64,000 bases of DNA from an uncultured Actinomycetota bacterium (GTDB taxonomy: Bacteria > Actinomycetota > Actinomycetes > Propionibacteriales > Propionibacteriaceae), in contig CAVQIU010000009.1 of the NCBI GenBank assembly GCA_963712625.1, positions 27,501-91,500 of the forward strand, read 5' to 3'. The notes beneath the pieces were generated by a model. That model did not search any database and had not been told where the DNA came from. It saw nothing but the letters and a program-made list of their open reading frames with translations. The translations under genes were made by a program, and so were the position numbers. Positions 1 through 11,350 of the stretch are shown here, piece by piece; position 1 is the first letter of the stretch; each line of letters starts with the position of its first letter.

Positions 1-774
1 GCCATCTTCTACAACAAGGACGTGCTGGCCAAGGCAGGGGTGCAGCCGCCGAAGACCTGGGATGAGCTGAAGACTGCGGCCAAGAAGCTGACGAGCGGCA
101 AGCAGTACGGCTTTGCCTTCAACGCCACCGCCGACTACGAGGGCGCTTGGCAGTTCCTGCCGCCGATGTGGACGAACGGCGGCGACGAGACCGATCTGAA
201 GAGCCCGCAGGTGGCCGAGGCGCTCCAGTTCTGGAAGGACCTGGTCGACGACGGCTCGGTCTCCAAGAGCGTGGTCAACTGGAAGCAGTCCGACGTCAAC
301 GACCAGTTCATCGCCGGCAAGGCCGCCATGATGCTGAACGGCCCGTGGCAGATCCCGGCACTGCAGAAGGCGAAGGTCAACTTCGGCGTGGTCCCATTCC
401 CGATCAACAAGCCCGACCAGACCTCGGTCGCCCCGCTCGGTGGCGAGGCGTGGACCGTGCCGGAGACCGGTAACGAGGCGAAGAAAGCCAAAGCCGCCGA
501 GCTGGTCAAGTGCATGAACACCGACGAGAACCAAATGCTTCGGGCCAAGCAGGGCGGTTTGGTGCCGACCAAGATTGCGCTGTACGAGCAGTACAAGAAG
601 GAAGTTCCGTCGATGGCCGGCTTCACCGACGCGGTCGCCAGCGCCCGCGCTCGGACCGGCAAGCTCGGCGCGAAGTGGCCCGACACCGCCAAGGTGATCT
701 ACACCGGGATGCAGCTCGTGCTCACCGGCCAGGCGGCTCCGGCCGACGCGATGGCCAAGGCCGGCGCTAGCTGA
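1..774 (+). CDS. Carbohydrate ABC transporter substrate-binding protein (5' end outside window)
   Basis: PPKTWDEL, FIAGKAAMMLNGPW and LGGEAWTV motifs of SBP_bac_1; followed by two permeases. Confidence 0.92.
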   Translation, partial: AIFYNKDVLAKAGVQPPKTWDELKTAAKKLTSGKQYGFAFNATADYEGAWQFLPPMWTNGGDETDLKSPQVAEALQFWKDLVDDGSVSKSVVNWKQSDVNDQFIAGKAAMMLNGPWQIPALQKAKVNFGVVPFPINKPDQTSVAPLGGEAWTVPETGNEAKKAKAAELVKCMNTDENQMLRAKQGGLVPTKIALYEQYKKEVPSMAGFTDAVASARARTGKLGAKWPDTAKVIYTGMQLVLTGQAAPADAMAKAGAS

Positions 775-805
775 CCGAGGCGACGGAACGGAAAGGAGTC
801 GGCGC

Positions 806-1770
806 ATGTCGGATGCGGAGACGCTGACCACCGCGGCCGAGCCCACCGCACCGTCCTCCGCCACCGCGCCGGCCCCAAGAAGGGGCCGGCGCGGGGAGGA
901 GATCGCGAAGATCCTCTTCGTGGTCCCGGCCGCCCTGACGATCATCGCCCTGTTCGGTTACCCGGTAGTGAAGAACCTGGTGATGAGCTTCCAGAACTAC
1001 ACGCTGCGGACGTTCATCAACGGCAAGGCTCCGTGGGTCGGGCTGCAGAACTACGTGACCGTGGTGACCGACGACCTCTTCACCAAGGCGCTGGCCAACA
1101 CCGCGCTGTTCACCATCGGATCGATCGTCGGCCAGTTCGTGATCGGCATGCTGCTGGCGCTGTTCTTCCACAAGAACTTCCCGCTCAACGGTGTTCTCCG
1201 GGCGCTGTTCCTGCTGCCGTGGCTGCTTCCCGCTGATCGTGGGCAGCGCCGCCTGGCGGGCCATCCTCGAACAGGACAGCGGGATCCTGAACGTCACGCT
1301 GGAGAACCTCGGGCTGATCGACGCACCGATCCCGTGGCTCACCTCGCCAGACGTGGCGTTGTTCGCGATCATCCTGGTGAACATCTGGCTGGGCGTCCCG
1401 TTCAACCTGACCCTGCTCTACAGCGGGCTACAGGACATCCCGGAGGAGCTCTACGAGGCGGGTGCGCTTGATGGCGCGACCGGTTGGAAGGCGTTCTGGA
1501 ACATCACCTGGCCCAACCTGCGGGCCGTGGTCAGCGTCGTACTCATGCTGGGCGTGATCTACACCCTGAAGGTGCTCGACATCATCCTGGGCCTGACCCA
1601 GGGGGGTCCGGCCAACGCGACCCAGACGATCGCTACTGATGTCGTACCAGCGCTCATTCGTGGAGTTCAAGTTCGGCCAGGGCGCCGCCCTGAGCAACAT
1701 CTTGATCCTCATCTCATTAGTCTTCGCGATCGTCTACCTGCGGGCCACTCGGCGCCAGGTCGACGAGTAA
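806..1770 (+). CDS. Carbohydrate ABC transporter permease (frameshifted near 1230 and 1640)
   Basis: WVGLQNY and EAA loop LQDIPEELYEAGALDGA across ORFs 806..1471 and 1191..1865; GGAG RBS. Confidence 0.9.
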
Positions 1771-1780
1771 GGAGCAGACG

Positions 1781-2617
1781 ATGGTCACTCAGCAGCAGCG
1801 AATCGCCGCCCGCCATACCCGGCGCGGACTCCGTACCGCCATCGCCATCGTCCTGCTGGCCCTGATGCTCTTCCCGGTCTACTGGATGCTCAACATCTCG
1901 TTGCAGGCGAGCGGGGGGACTCTGCCGTCGAGCTTCTTCCCCACGCACCCCAGCCTGGCCGGCTACACCACGGCTATCCAGGATCAGGGCCAGAATCTCG
2001 TCACCAGCATGCTGATCGCCGTCGGTACGGTCATCCTGACCCTGGTGATCGCCGCCCCCGCCGCGTACGCCCTGGCCCAGTTCAGGTTCCGCTGGATCAG
2101 TTGGGCCTTGCTCGCCATCCTGATCTCCCAGATGATCCCGGGGATCGTGATCGCGAATGCCCTCTACACCCTGTACGAGAGCATCGGCCTGCTCAACTCC
2201 ATCCCAGGGTTGATCATCGCGAACGCGGCGAACGCGGTCCCGTTCGGGATCTTGATCATGCGGTCGTTCATGCTCGCAGTGCCGACCTCGATCGTCGAGG
2301 CTGCCCGGGTCGACGGGGCTGGCCTGGTCCGCGCGTTCCTGTCCATCGTGGTGCCGATCAGCCGGAACTCGCTGATCACCGTCGGGCTGTTCGCCTTCAT
2401 GTTCGCGTGGAGTGACTTCATCTTCGCGCTGACGCTGACCACGAAGGGGAACATCACGCCTGTCACGCTGGGCATCTACACCTACCTCGGCGCGCACATC
2501 TCGAACTGGAGCGCGGTGATGGCCACCGCCATGCTCGCCTCGATCCCGGCGATCATCTTGCTCGTCATCGCCCAGAAGTACATTGCCGCCGGCGCCACCG
2601 GCGGCGCTGTGAAGTAA
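1781..2617 (+). CDS. Carbohydrate ABC transporter permease
   Basis: Hydrophobic 278 aa, EAA loop [16 protein letters not shown]-terminal GAVK. Confidence 0.95.
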   Translation: MVTQQQRIAARHTRRGLRTAIAIVLLALMLFPVYWMLNISLQASGGTLPSSFFPTHPSLAGYTTAIQDQGQNLVTSMLIAVGTVILTLVIAAPAAYALAQFRFRWISWALLAILISQMIPGIVIANALYTLYESIGLLNSIPGLIIANAANAVPFGILIMRSFMLAVPTSIVEAARVDGAGLVRAFLSIVVPISRNSLITVGLFAFMFAWSDFIFALTLTTKGNITPVTLGIYTYLGAHISNWSAVMATAMLASIPAIILLVIAQKYIAAGATGGAVK

Positions 2618-2672
2618 CCACCTCACATTTGTCGGCGGCCGCCGACCGTCCCACCACGTCGAAGGAAACGAC

Positions 2673-3479
2673 ATGTCCGCAAGTCCGTCCGACCAGATCC
2701 GCGTTCTCGTCTGGGGGGAGAATCGGCACGAGCAGATCGAGCCGCACGTCGCGGCCATCTATCCCGAGGGGATGCACACCACCATCGCCCAGGGCATCGC
2801 CGAGAACCTCGGGGACGGCGCGGTGATCAACACCACCACCCTCGACGAGCCTGAGCACGGGCTGACCGAGGAGGTGCTCGCCGACACCGACGTCCTGGTC
2901 TGGTGGGGCCACGCAGCCCACGGCGAGGTCGCCGACGAGGTCGTCGAGCGAGTGCACCAGCACGTCCTCTCGGGACTCGGCCTGGTAGTGCTGCACTCCG
3001 GGCACTGGTCGAAGATCTTCGGCCGGCTGATGGGCACCACCTGCACCCTGCGCTGGCGCAGCGAGCAGGACCGGGAGCTGGTCTGGACCGTCAACCCAAC
3101 GCATCCGATCACCCGCGGCGTACCCAACCCGATCATCATCGACGCCCAGGAGATGTACGGCGAGACCTTCGACATCCCCGCACCGGATGAGCTGATCTTC
3201 ATCTCCTCCTTCACCGGCGGCGAGGTGTTCAGATCGGGCTGCACCTTCCGGCGCGGCCACGGCAAGATCTTCTTCTTCTCTCCCGGCGACCAGGACTACC
3301 CCGTCTACTACCATTCCGACGTCCGTCGGGTGATTGCCAACGGCGTCGAGTGGGTCTACCCGGAGCGACCCGAGCGGACCATTCCGACCCTGTTGCGCTA
3401 CGACACCGACGACTTCTTCAACGGCCACGGCTACACCGGGCCGATCGAGCAGCGCAAGGACTTCGATGCGGCTGTCTGA
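2673..3479 (+). CDS. thuA: ThuA-domain (trehalose utilization) protein
   Basis: [41 protein letters not shown] motifs. Confidence 0.92.
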   Translation: MSASPSDQIRVLVWGENRHEQIEPHVAAIYPEGMHTTIAQGIAENLGDGAVINTTTLDEPEHGLTEEVLADTDVLVWWGHAAHGEVADEVVERVHQHVLSGLGLVVLHSGHWSKIFGRLMGTTCTLRWRSEQDRELVWTVNPTHPITRGVPNPIIIDAQEMYGETFDIPAPDELIFISSFTGGEVFRSGCTFRRGHGKIFFFSPGDQDYPVYYHSDVRRVIANGVEWVYPERPERTIPTLLRYDTDDFFNGHGYTGPIEQRKDFDAAV

Positions 3480-4644
3480 GACTCCGAACTCCACGCCGCC
3501 CGGGCCGCTGCGCCTGGTCCAGGTCGGGGCCGGGTTGATGGGCGAAGCCTGGCTCGGAGTGATATCCGGCTCGCCGGACACAGAGCTGGTCGGGCTCGTC
3601 GACCTTGACCTCGACGTTGCCCGGCGAGCCGCCGAGCGCACCGGCGTAGACAGCGTCGCGATCGGCAGATCGCTGACCGATGTGTTGGCCCGGGTGACAG
3701 CAGACGCTGTGGTCAACGTGACAGTCCCCGCCGCCCACCGGGCGGTCAGCGTCGAGGCGCTCCGGGCCGGTCTGCCGGTGCTCAGCGAAAAACCGTTGGC
3801 AGGGTCGGTCGCCGCCGGCTTGTCCATCGTCGCCGCGGCCGAGCTCACCGGCCAATTGCTGATGGTGTCGCAGTCGCGGCGCTACTTCCGCCAGCTGCCG
3901 GCCTTTCGCAGACCAGATCGCCCGAATCGGCCCGGTCGGCCTGGTCGACTGTGCGTTCTACAAGGCCCCCCACTTCGGCGGGTTTCGGGAGCAGATGGAT
4001 TACCCCCTGCTGATCGACATGGCGATCCATCACTTCGATCTGGCCCGCGATCTGCTCGGCAGCCGATCCGCTTGCGGTGGTGTGCGAGTCGTTCAACCCG
4101 GCTTGGAGCTGGTACGCCGGGGACGCGGCCGCCCACGTCAGCTTCGAGTTCCCCGCCGGCGTCCGCTTCGGCTTCGCCGCCAGTTGGTGCAGTCCAGGCC
4201 TGGAAACGTCCTGGAACGGCAGCGTGGCGAGTCAGCGGGGCTGGCGGCAGCGCCGCCTGGGACGGAGAACACGAGCCAGTGGCCGAAACCGCCGACGGGC
4301 ACCGGCTGGCGGCCGACATCACGTCCGGGCCGGAGCAGATCGCGGGCTCGCTGGCCGAGTTCGTGGCCGCGCTCCGCACCGGCGCCGTTCCGTCCGGCGA
4401 GGCGCACAGTAACGTGCTCAGCCTGACCATGGTGGAGGCGGCGATCCGGTCAGCCCGCGAGGCGCGCCGGGTCGAGATAGCCGAGGTGCTCGCCGACGCT
4501 CACGCAGACGCCCTGGCCGCCGAGGAAGACGCCGATGTCAGGACGGTGCTCGCAGGCTGGACCTCGGTGCATGACGCGGTCGGAGCCGCGGCCGCGACCC
4601 GACTACAGAGCCGTCGCGGACGGCTGAGCAGAGAGGGCGCCTAG
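3466..4644 (+). CDS. Gfo/Idh/MocA oxidoreductase (frameshifted)
   Basis: VGAGLMG Rossmann motif, [21 protein letters not shown] spread over frames. Confidence 0.88.
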   Translation: MRLSETPNSTPPGPLRLVQVGAGLMGEAWLGVISGSPDTELVGLVDLDLDVARRAAERTGVDSVAIGRSLTDVLARVTADAVVNVTVPAAHRAVSVEALRAGLPVLSEKPLAGSVAAGLSIVAAAELTGQLLMVSQSRRYFRQLPAFRRPDRPNRPGRPGRLCVLQGPPLRRVSGADGLPPADRHGDPSLRSGPRSARQPIRLRWCASRSTRLGAGTPGTRPPTSASSSPPASASASPPVGAVQAWKRPGTAAWRVSGAGGSAAWDGEHEPVAETADGHRLAADITSGPEQIAGSLAEFVAALRTGAVPSGEAHSNVLSLTMVEAAIRSAREARRVEIAEVLADAHADALAAEEDADVRTVLAGWTSVHDAVGAAAATRLQSRRGRLSREGA

Positions 4645-5843
4645 TGACCAATCAGAACCTGCGGGTCGGCATGGTGGGCTACGCCTTCATGGGCGCGGTC
4701 CACGCCCAGGCCTGGCGGAACGCGCACCGGTTCTTCCCGCTGCCGATGACCCCCGACCTGACGGTGCTCGCCGGCCGCAACGAGGACGCCGTGCGCGCGG
4801 CCGCGGCGCGGCTGGGCTTCGCCGGGATCGAGACGGACTGGCGGCGGCTGGTAGACCGTGACGATGTCGACCTGGTCGACATCTGCACGCCGGGCGATAC
4901 CCACGCCGAGATCGCAATCGCCGCCTTGCAGGCCGGCAAGCATGTGCTGTGCGAGAAGCCGCTGGCCAACAGTGTTGCCGAGGCCGAGGCGATGGCCGAC
5001 GCGGCGAGGTCGGCGGCACAGCGCGGGGCGTACGCGATGTGTGGATTCACGTATCGGCGAACGCCGGCGCTGGCACTGGCCAAGCAGCTCGTCGAGGACG
5101 GCCGGCTGGGGACGATCCGTCACGTGCGTGCCCAGTACCTGCAGGACTGGCTGAGCGACGAGAACGCCCCAATGACCTGGCGGCTGCAGCAGGAGCGCGC
5201 TGGATCGGGTGCCCTCGGAGACATCGGTGCCCACATCATCGACACCGCCCAATGGCTCACCGGCCAGTCGATCACCGGGGTATCGGCGCTGCTCGAGACC
5301 TTCGTCACCTCGCGGCCGCTGAGCGGCGACCGAGTGGGACTGGGCGGCCACGGCGCCGTCGGCGACGACATACCGCGGGGTACGGTCACCGTCGACGACG
5401 CCGCTGCGTTTCTCGCTCGCTTCGACGGTGGTGCTCTCGGCACCTTCGAAGCCACCCGGTTCGCACTGGGCCGCAAGAACGCGCTGCGGATCGAACTCAA
5501 CGGCACGACCGGATCGCTGGCGTTCGACTTCGAGAACAACAATGTGCTGGAGTTCTACGACGGAACCGGACCCGCCACTGTTCAGGGATTTCGCCGGATC
5601 CTCGTTACCGAACCAGACCATCCCTACGTCGGCGCCTGGTGGCCGCCAGGGCACGGGCTCGGCTACGAGCACGGATTCACTCACCAAGTGGTCGACCTCG
5701 TCAACGCGCTGGCGAACGCCGATCAGCCGACCCCATCCTTCGCCGATGCGCTTGGTGTCCAGCGCGTGCTAGCAGCTGTCGAGTCGAGCGCGGCGCGCGA
5801 CTCCGCCTGGACAGCCATCCCAACCGACTCCGGAGGACCGTAA
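4644..5843 (+). CDS. Gfo/Idh/MocA oxidoreductase
   Basis: VGYAFMG, LCEKPL, GALGDIGAH, WWPPGHGLGYEH; intact 399 aa. Confidence 0.95.
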   Translation: MTNQNLRVGMVGYAFMGAVHAQAWRNAHRFFPLPMTPDLTVLAGRNEDAVRAAAARLGFAGIETDWRRLVDRDDVDLVDICTPGDTHAEIAIAALQAGKHVLCEKPLANSVAEAEAMADAARSAAQRGAYAMCGFTYRRTPALALAKQLVEDGRLGTIRHVRAQYLQDWLSDENAPMTWRLQQERAGSGALGDIGAHIIDTAQWLTGQSITGVSALLETFVTSRPLSGDRVGLGGHGAVGDDIPRGTVTVDDAAAFLARFDGGALGTFEATRFALGRKNALRIELNGTTGSLAFDFENNNVLEFYDGTGPATVQGFRRILVTEPDHPYVGAWWPPGHGLGYEHGFTHQVVDLVNALANADQPTPSFADALGVQRVLAAVESSAARDSAWTAIPTDSGGP

Positions 5844-6158
5844 CCCATGGGCCCAAGTGCCGCCGGATTCCGGGCCGACCCCGAGCTCCAGGAGCCCTGC
5901 CGGCGGCCGGGGTCCGGACCTGGTGCGCTGACACTAAACCAGGGCGAGTCCTTCGATGACCCAAACAACTGCCGAAAATTGGCTGACAAGGGGAACTAGT
6001 CGAGCCAACAGGACGCGAACGGTATTCATCAACGCAGAGTGGGGCACCTACGAGCGGATCGGCCCGGCCGCGTCCCACATCTGCAACGGCCGTACAAGCC
6101 ACCAACGCCACGAGTCCCCAAAGGAATCCGGGTAACACAATGAATCGAGAAGATTGAC

Positions 6159-7304
6159 ATGGCCGGACGCCGCGACTTCGACACCGACGAAGCCGCCTAT
6201 CTGCAAGACGTCGGAAAGTATTGCGACACCGTCCTCCTGCACCGCGCCGACGAAAGTGACAACGGCGAATTCTTCCCCGACATCATTCGTCAGTTCGCTG
6301 ACCTAGGACTGCTGGAGTTGATGTTCGACGAACAGCGCAACCTGCAACTCCACCGGATGCGCCTGGTCCACCAGACAACAGAACTGGTGGCCGCCGCCTT
6401 TCCCGCCGCGGTGGTCGCGCTGGGCGCCCTCCGACTACAAGCCTATCTACTCAAGCGGTACGCCGAACCCGACATCGCAGACCGGTACCTTGAGCCGCTT
6501 CTCAGCGGCGAACTCTACGGATCGTTCGGAGTCACCGAACCGGACGCAGGGACGGACGTCCGGGCCATCTCGACCGTGGCCACCCGCGACCGTGACGGCT
6601 GGATCCTCAACGGCGGCAAGAAATGGATCGGCCTCGCCCCCTACGCCGCGTTCAACGTGGTGCTGGCCAAACTCGATCATGACGGCCGCGACGCTGAGAC
6701 CGTCGCCCTGGTCATCGACCTGGAATCAGACGGCATAACTCGTAGCGGACCCCTTGACCTCATGAGCTTTCGGGGCATGCCCCTGGGAGAGCTGACCTTC
6801 AACGACGTCAAGGTGCCTGCTGGCTCGGCGCTCAACGTCGCGGGGTTCAAAGGAATGATGGAAGGTATCAACCTGGCTCGGGTGGACGCCGCCAGCTACG
6901 GCTGCGGCTTCATCAAGGCCGCCATCCGGGAGTGCTCGGTCCGCGCCAATACCCGGACCGCGTTCGGTCAACCTTTGAGCAACATGCAAGTTATCCAGAC
7001 CAAAATCGGGTTGATGGCCACCGACTACGAAGCCGCCCGCCTACTTACCTTGGCCGCCAGCGACAGCTTCGCCCTCGGCCATGGCGGTGACCCGATCCTG
7101 CTGTCCAAGGCAAAGCTGTTCAGCACCGACGCGGCCATGCGGCACGCCGTCGAAGCGGTCCAAATCTTCGGTGCCATGGGCGTCCACCACAGCAGCCGCG
7201 TGCAACGACTGTTTCGAGACAGCAAGGCCCTCCAAATCTTCGATGGGACCAACGAAATCCACACCCTGATGATTGGACGCGACGCGCTCAATGCCCATCG
7301 TTAA
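6159..7304 (+). CDS. Acyl-CoA dehydrogenase family protein
   Basis: FGVTEPDAGTD, LNGGKKWI, R-x-AFGQPL, QIFGAMG, FRDSK..QIFDGTNEI. Confidence 0.95.
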   Translation: MAGRRDFDTDEAAYLQDVGKYCDTVLLHRADESDNGEFFPDIIRQFADLGLLELMFDEQRNLQLHRMRLVHQTTELVAAAFPAAVVALGALRLQAYLLKRYAEPDIADRYLEPLLSGELYGSFGVTEPDAGTDVRAISTVATRDRDGWILNGGKKWIGLAPYAAFNVVLAKLDHDGRDAETVALVIDLESDGITRSGPLDLMSFRGMPLGELTFNDVKVPAGSALNVAGFKGMMEGINLARVDAASYGCGFIKAAIRECSVRANTRTAFGQPLSNMQVIQTKIGLMATDYEAARLLTLAASDSFALGHGGDPILLSKAKLFSTDAAMRHAVEAVQIFGAMGVHHSSRVQRLFRDSKALQIFDGTNEIHTLMIGRDALNAHR

Positions 7305-7387
7305 TTCCGTCAAACCAGGCGAGAGCGTTCTTAGCGCAGACGGCGGCATCCGATGCGACCCGGTCTTTTCCGACATTTGCGTTCGCG

Positions 7388-8983
7388 CTAGGAGGGGCAG
7401 CTGATGCTCAAGAGCTGACCGCTGTAGCGCGTGACCCGCAGGCCCGATCTCTGCACCTGCTTCGCGTAGGTGGAGCCGAAGACGTAGGTCTTGAGGTTGG
7501 GGGGAACGCCAGGGCCGGCCGCCTTCTCCTGGTCTGACCAAATCCATAGTCCAGACGAATTGACGCAATACTGCAGGATCTGACCGACACGGTCGCTCGG
7601 GTCGCGCGGGTTAACACCCTTGGCTGCCCACACGTTGCGGCGGGTTCCCACGTCGCCAGGCAGGAGGCGATACCAGAACTGGTGCCGGGTTCCGTTGTCG
7701 TAGGTGAAGATGATCGAGTTGTCCGGCACGACCTTGAGTGCGTCGTCGACATCCTGCTGCGGATCAACCGAACTGCGATCGGCCTCCGCATAGCCACTCG
7801 CTAGTGCGACGACCGGCAGGGTGATCGCCATCAACACCGGCGCCCACCGCGCCCGGCTCGACAGACCACCTATGCAGCGATCGATGCCGACGACACCCCA
7901 CAGGCCGAGCAGAAACCACAGGGGTAGCAGCATCGTCTCCCAATCCCCGATGGCGTAACCCAGGACGAAGACGGCGATACACATCACCCAGAGCCCGGTG
8001 ACTGCCGCGACCAGCGGACGCTGCATGATCAGCATGAGCAGGCCAATGGCACATAGCACGAGGGCAATGCCCAATTGCCGGATTCCGTCGCTCCACAGCT
8101 GCGGCAGACGCTCGGAGATGATCTGGTGGAGCGGCACCCCGAACATCTGGCCTGAATACCGGGCGCCGCTGATCACCTCCCAGAAGGAGGTGAGGCCCGT
8201 GACGCGGGTGTCCAGCAAGGGTGCGCCGGCGGCAGTACGCCAGACGATATAGGCGTAGGGCAGCAGAGCCAGCGCGGCGCCGAGAGGAAGGAGCCGGGCG
8301 AGCTCCCGGGGGCGAAACAGCCAGGCCGGACGGCGGACCGCGAGATAGAGCAGCAGCCCTGGAATCAACAAGACCTGTGACGTGGCATGCGCGAACGAGA
8401 GGGCGAAGATGAGCAGTCCAGCACGCAGCCACGCCGGTCGCCACGTACTGTCGTACGCGAGTAGGCAGGCCAACACGAGTGCCACGAAAAGGGTGCTGAG
8501 GGTGTAAACCTCGGCGATGAGGGCGAAATGCCACAGCTGCGGAATCAGGCCCAACGCGCTTGCTCCACCAGCGGCGACGACCGGACGTACGCCGAGCTTG
8601 GTGAAGATCGACACCGCGACGAGGCAGGCCAGAATAGCGAAGACCGCCGACAGCAGGTTCGCCCGGAACGCCACCGACCCCCACGGCACGATGCGAACGA
8701 AGGCGGCATTGAGCATCGTGTACAGCGGGTAGCCCGGAGGATGGGCGGTGCCAAGCACCAGGCCCAAGTAGTCGAACTTCGTCGTGTCAACCGAGAAGCC
8801 GTTGCCGGTGCTGCGCTGCACGGTACGCCCATACACCACTGAGAGCACCAGTAGAGGAACGATGTACGGCCAGGCCGTGAGGAGCCGGGCCAACCGGGAT
8901 CGGCCCGGCGCCTTTGGCTGCGCCTCCACCCGCTCGCCACGATCGGTAACCTGGCGATCGCTGGGGAGGAGCAGGCCGGTCAT
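7388..8983 (-). CDS. GT-C fold membrane glycosyltransferase, DUF2723/TMEM260-like (start uncertain)
   Basis: D-x-x-x-F..AHPPGYPLY, RANLLSA, AEVYTL motifs; many TM segments. Confidence 0.8.
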   Translation of the reverse strand: MTGLLLPSDRQVTDRGERVEAQPKAPGRSRLARLLTAWPYIVPLLVLSVVYGRTVQRSTGNGFSVDTTKFDYLGLVLGTAHPPGYPLYTMLNAAFVRIVPWGSVAFRANLLSAVFAILACLVAVSIFTKLGVRPVVAAGGASALGLIPQLWHFALIAEVYTLSTLFVALVLACLLAYDSTWRPAWLRAGLLIFALSFAHATSQVLLIPGLLLYLAVRRPAWLFRPRELARLLPLGAALALLPYAYIVWRTAAGAPLLDTRVTGLTSFWEVISGARYSGQMFGVPLHQIISERLPQLWSDGIRQLGIALVLCAIGLLMLIMQRPLVAAVTGLWVMCIAVFVLGYAIGDWETMLLPLWFLLGLWGVVGIDRCIGGLSSRARWAPVLMAITLPVVALASGYAEADRSSVDPQQDVDDALKVVPDNSIIFTYDNGTRHQFWYRLLPGDVGTRRNVWAAKGVNPRDPSDRVGQILQYCVNSSGLWIWSDQEKAAGPGVPPNLKTYVFGSTYAKQVQRSGLRVTRYSGQLLSISCPS

Positions 8984-9139
8984 GAGGAGGCAATCTCCAT
9001 CGGCAGTTGGATCTAGCTCGGCGGCGTTGCCAATATTTCGTGCCAAGGAATTTAGCACCTCGGCCTAGACGAAACGGATCCAAGGGTGTGTCCCGGCTTT
9101 TTGCCGCCATCAAGGACGTAGCGGCCATCATGCTCGCCC

Positions 9140-9325
9140 TCAGGAGTGGAAGCGCAACGTGACCAGCTGGAACGGCCTCAGCTCGAGGTCGATGGATGGA
9201 CCCTCGCTGGCGGCACCCTCGGGCAAGGGCCGCTCCAGCAGATCCGTCGCATCTACCGATCCAACCTCCGCGGCGGCGGTGACCGTTGTCCGCGCCCGGC
9301 TGCCCAGCGACTCATAGAGCCGGGC
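9140..9325 (-). pseudogene. C-terminal remnant of a GH38 alpha-mannosidase
   Basis: Manual translation ARLYESLGSRARTTV...ATDLLERPL...IDLELRPFQLVTLRFHS* resembles the GH38 C-terminal pattern; no upstream catalytic domain. Confidence 0.75.
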
Positions 9326-9474
9326 CCGTCGCAGGCCCGGGGCCGAGCACGCGCTACCACAGCACCCGCGGGCCGCTGCGAGTGGAGGATCAGGACGAGG
9401 CCATGTTCGCGGCCACCGAGCGAAGCGACCGGGCAGGGACTCAACGACGACTCATCGGTGGCCGCGCCTTCCGG

Positions 9475-9999
9475 TCAGTTGGAATCTTCGTTGCCCGAGG
9501 CGGCTCGTGCTTGAGCCTGGTCCACCAACGCTCTGAGTGACGACGGCAGGCGGCCGGCGCCGAAGTCGTACATGCGCGCCCACTGCGGATGGATGCTGAT
9601 GCGTGCCATCTGCTCGTACGTCTCGCGGACGGCGTGCTCGAAGTCCCCGACACCGTCCTCACCCAGGAACTTGGCGGCCGCTTGAATGTATTCGTCCGGG
9701 ACGCCGTCGACGATCTCGACATTCGCGCGTCCGCGGATGTTGAGGGCTTTGGCATCGGCGGGGGTGTTTCCGACGTCGATGGTCAACGCCACGTCCGGGC
9801 GGCTGGTGAGCGCACGGACCTTGGGTGAGGTGGTGGCGGAGCAAACGACTATCTGCTCGCCGTTCCAGAGGAAGCCGACTGGTGAGACCCGTGGCAGTCC
9901 GTCCGGACCGTTGTAGGCGAGTCGTGCCGGGGACGGGCTGTGCAGCAGCTCTTGCGAGTCGGACCGCGCCAGCTCGGCGCGAACCTCGTGGGGATCCAT
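9475..9999 (-). CDS. Pyridoxamine 5'-phosphate oxidase-like (FMN/F420-binding split barrel) protein
   Basis: ARLAYNGPDGLPRVSPVGF, SPKVRAL..RPDVALTID; AAGGA RBS. Confidence 0.88.
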   Translation of the reverse strand: MDPHEVRAELARSDSQELLHSPSPARLAYNGPDGLPRVSPVGFLWNGEQIVVCSATTSPKVRALTSRPDVALTIDVGNTPADAKALNIRGRANVEIVDGVPDEYIQAAAKFLGEDGVGDFEHAVRETYEQMARISIHPQWARMYDFGAGRLPSSLRALVDQAQARAASGNEDSN

Positions 10000-10363
10000 G
10001 GGAGGTTCCTTTCTGTTCGTGCGCACTCCGACAGCGCGCGGTGTCTGGGCGCCCAGGACCGGATCCCCTGGGTGCCACGTGCCCTGTAGGCCGGGGAGGT
10101 CGCGTACCCGTGGACGACGTTGTCCGAGTCGTCCCAGCGGACGTCGGGCAACCGCAGATCGGTCTCGGCCACACCGGCGAACGCGTGGTGGTCCCTGCCA
10201 CGATCTTGGGTCCGATCATCTGTAGTAGCGACTTTCCGGCAGGTCCGGAACTTCGAGCTGGTGGGGCCAGTAGGTGACCGCCGCTCCTATCTGGATGTAA
10301 TCCGGGTTGAGCGGCCCGACGCCGGCGAAGCCATCAGCTTGTAGACCGCTGAGGCGGTCGGCG

Positions 10364-11050
10364 TCATTGCTCAACGTCACGCCCCATGAGCCTGTCGACA
10401 CCGATATCCGGTCGACGAACCCGTCCAGTGAGCTGCTCAATTCCAGCGATCTTGCTCATCGCGTTCCTCTTAGGCGTCGGCTTTAGTGGCGCCGGGCGGC
10501 CGGCCAGAACCGTAGGGACGTACTCGAGCAGCTGGATTCGACCATCAAAGGTGCGGCTGCTCACCATGTCGAGGGAGACGTCGGGATACCCGTCGTAGAT
10601 CCGGTCCCGACCGGTGCTTCCGGTAATGACTGGGAAGACCACTACGCGGAAACGGTCCACGAGACCGGCTTTCAAGAGTGACCGGCACAGCGTGAGGCTG
10701 CCCAAGGTGCGCATGGACTTGGTGCCTTTATCTTTCATCTTCCGCACAGCCTCGACAGGGTCCTGGGTGACCAGCTGTGTGTTCGCCCACGACAGGGGCT
10801 CTGTCAAGGTGGTCGAAAAGACGACCTTCGACAGCCCCGCCAAGGCCCCTGTGCCCGGTTCACCCTCGCTGGCCAGCCCGGACATGACCCGATAGGTGTT
10901 TGCCCCTATCAGGACTGTGTAGTCCGCTTCCGGCTGATCTCCCAACCAGGCGAGGTACCCGGGCCCTTCCAGGCCCCACCAGCCGGGCCAGCCGTCAGCG
11001 GCCCCGTATCCATCGAGTGAGGTGATGAAGTCGATAAGCAGTTCTGGCAT
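10364..11050 (-). CDS. Dihydrofolate reductase/RibD C-terminal family protein (true stop may be near 10470)
   Basis: FITSLDGY, IGANTY, GSLTLCRSLLKAGLVDRFRVVVFPVITG. Confidence 0.88.
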   Translation of the reverse strand: MPELLIDFITSLDGYGAADGWPGWWGLEGPGYLAWLGDQPEADYTVLIGANTYRVMSGLASEGEPGTGALAGLSKVVFSTTLTEPLSWANTQLVTQDPVEAVRKMKDKGTKSMRTLGSLTLCRSLLKAGLVDRFRVVVFPVITGSTGRDRIYDGYPDVSLDMVSSRTFDGRIQLLEYVPTVLAGRPAPLKPTPKRNAMSKIAGIEQLTGRVRRPDIGVDRLMGRDVEQ

Positions 11051-11235
11051 CTGCGTTCCTTTCAGTGAATAGGTTTCTCGGACGTTAGAGCGTTCGGTGT
11101 CAATCGCGTGACCGGCTGCTGCTGACTCCGACGTCGGGAGACATCCCGTTCGCGTCGGAAATGTACCTTCCCACGATGACGCCGCCACGTGGCCAACAAC
11201 CAGGCCAGCTCCCGCCCGATCGCTATCCAGACGGT

Positions 11236-11350
11236 GCGCGCTCGTTAGATCAGCACAACGACGCCATCGACGACGACCTTCGATTCCTTGAGCCGCAGAT
11301 TGCGCCGCTCGGACTTCTTGTCAGAACTTCTTGGCGCCGGCCACGTCGGG
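11236..11350 (-). pseudogene. C-terminal remnant of a second RibD_C/DHFR-like gene
   Basis: Translation KKSERRNLRLKESKVVVDGVVVLI*, with a stop where the usual terminal Y(E) is expected. Confidence 0.45.

Noticed and set aside
5844-6158. Possible gene remnant or sRNA before the acyl-CoA dehydrogenase
   Set aside because: No recognisable motif, repeat or strong structure could be supported by eye
7467-7477. TAGGTGGAGCC match to the tRNA-Ala 3' end as an att site
   Set aside because: Only 11 bp, inside an intact CDS, and no integrase nearby; consistent with chance
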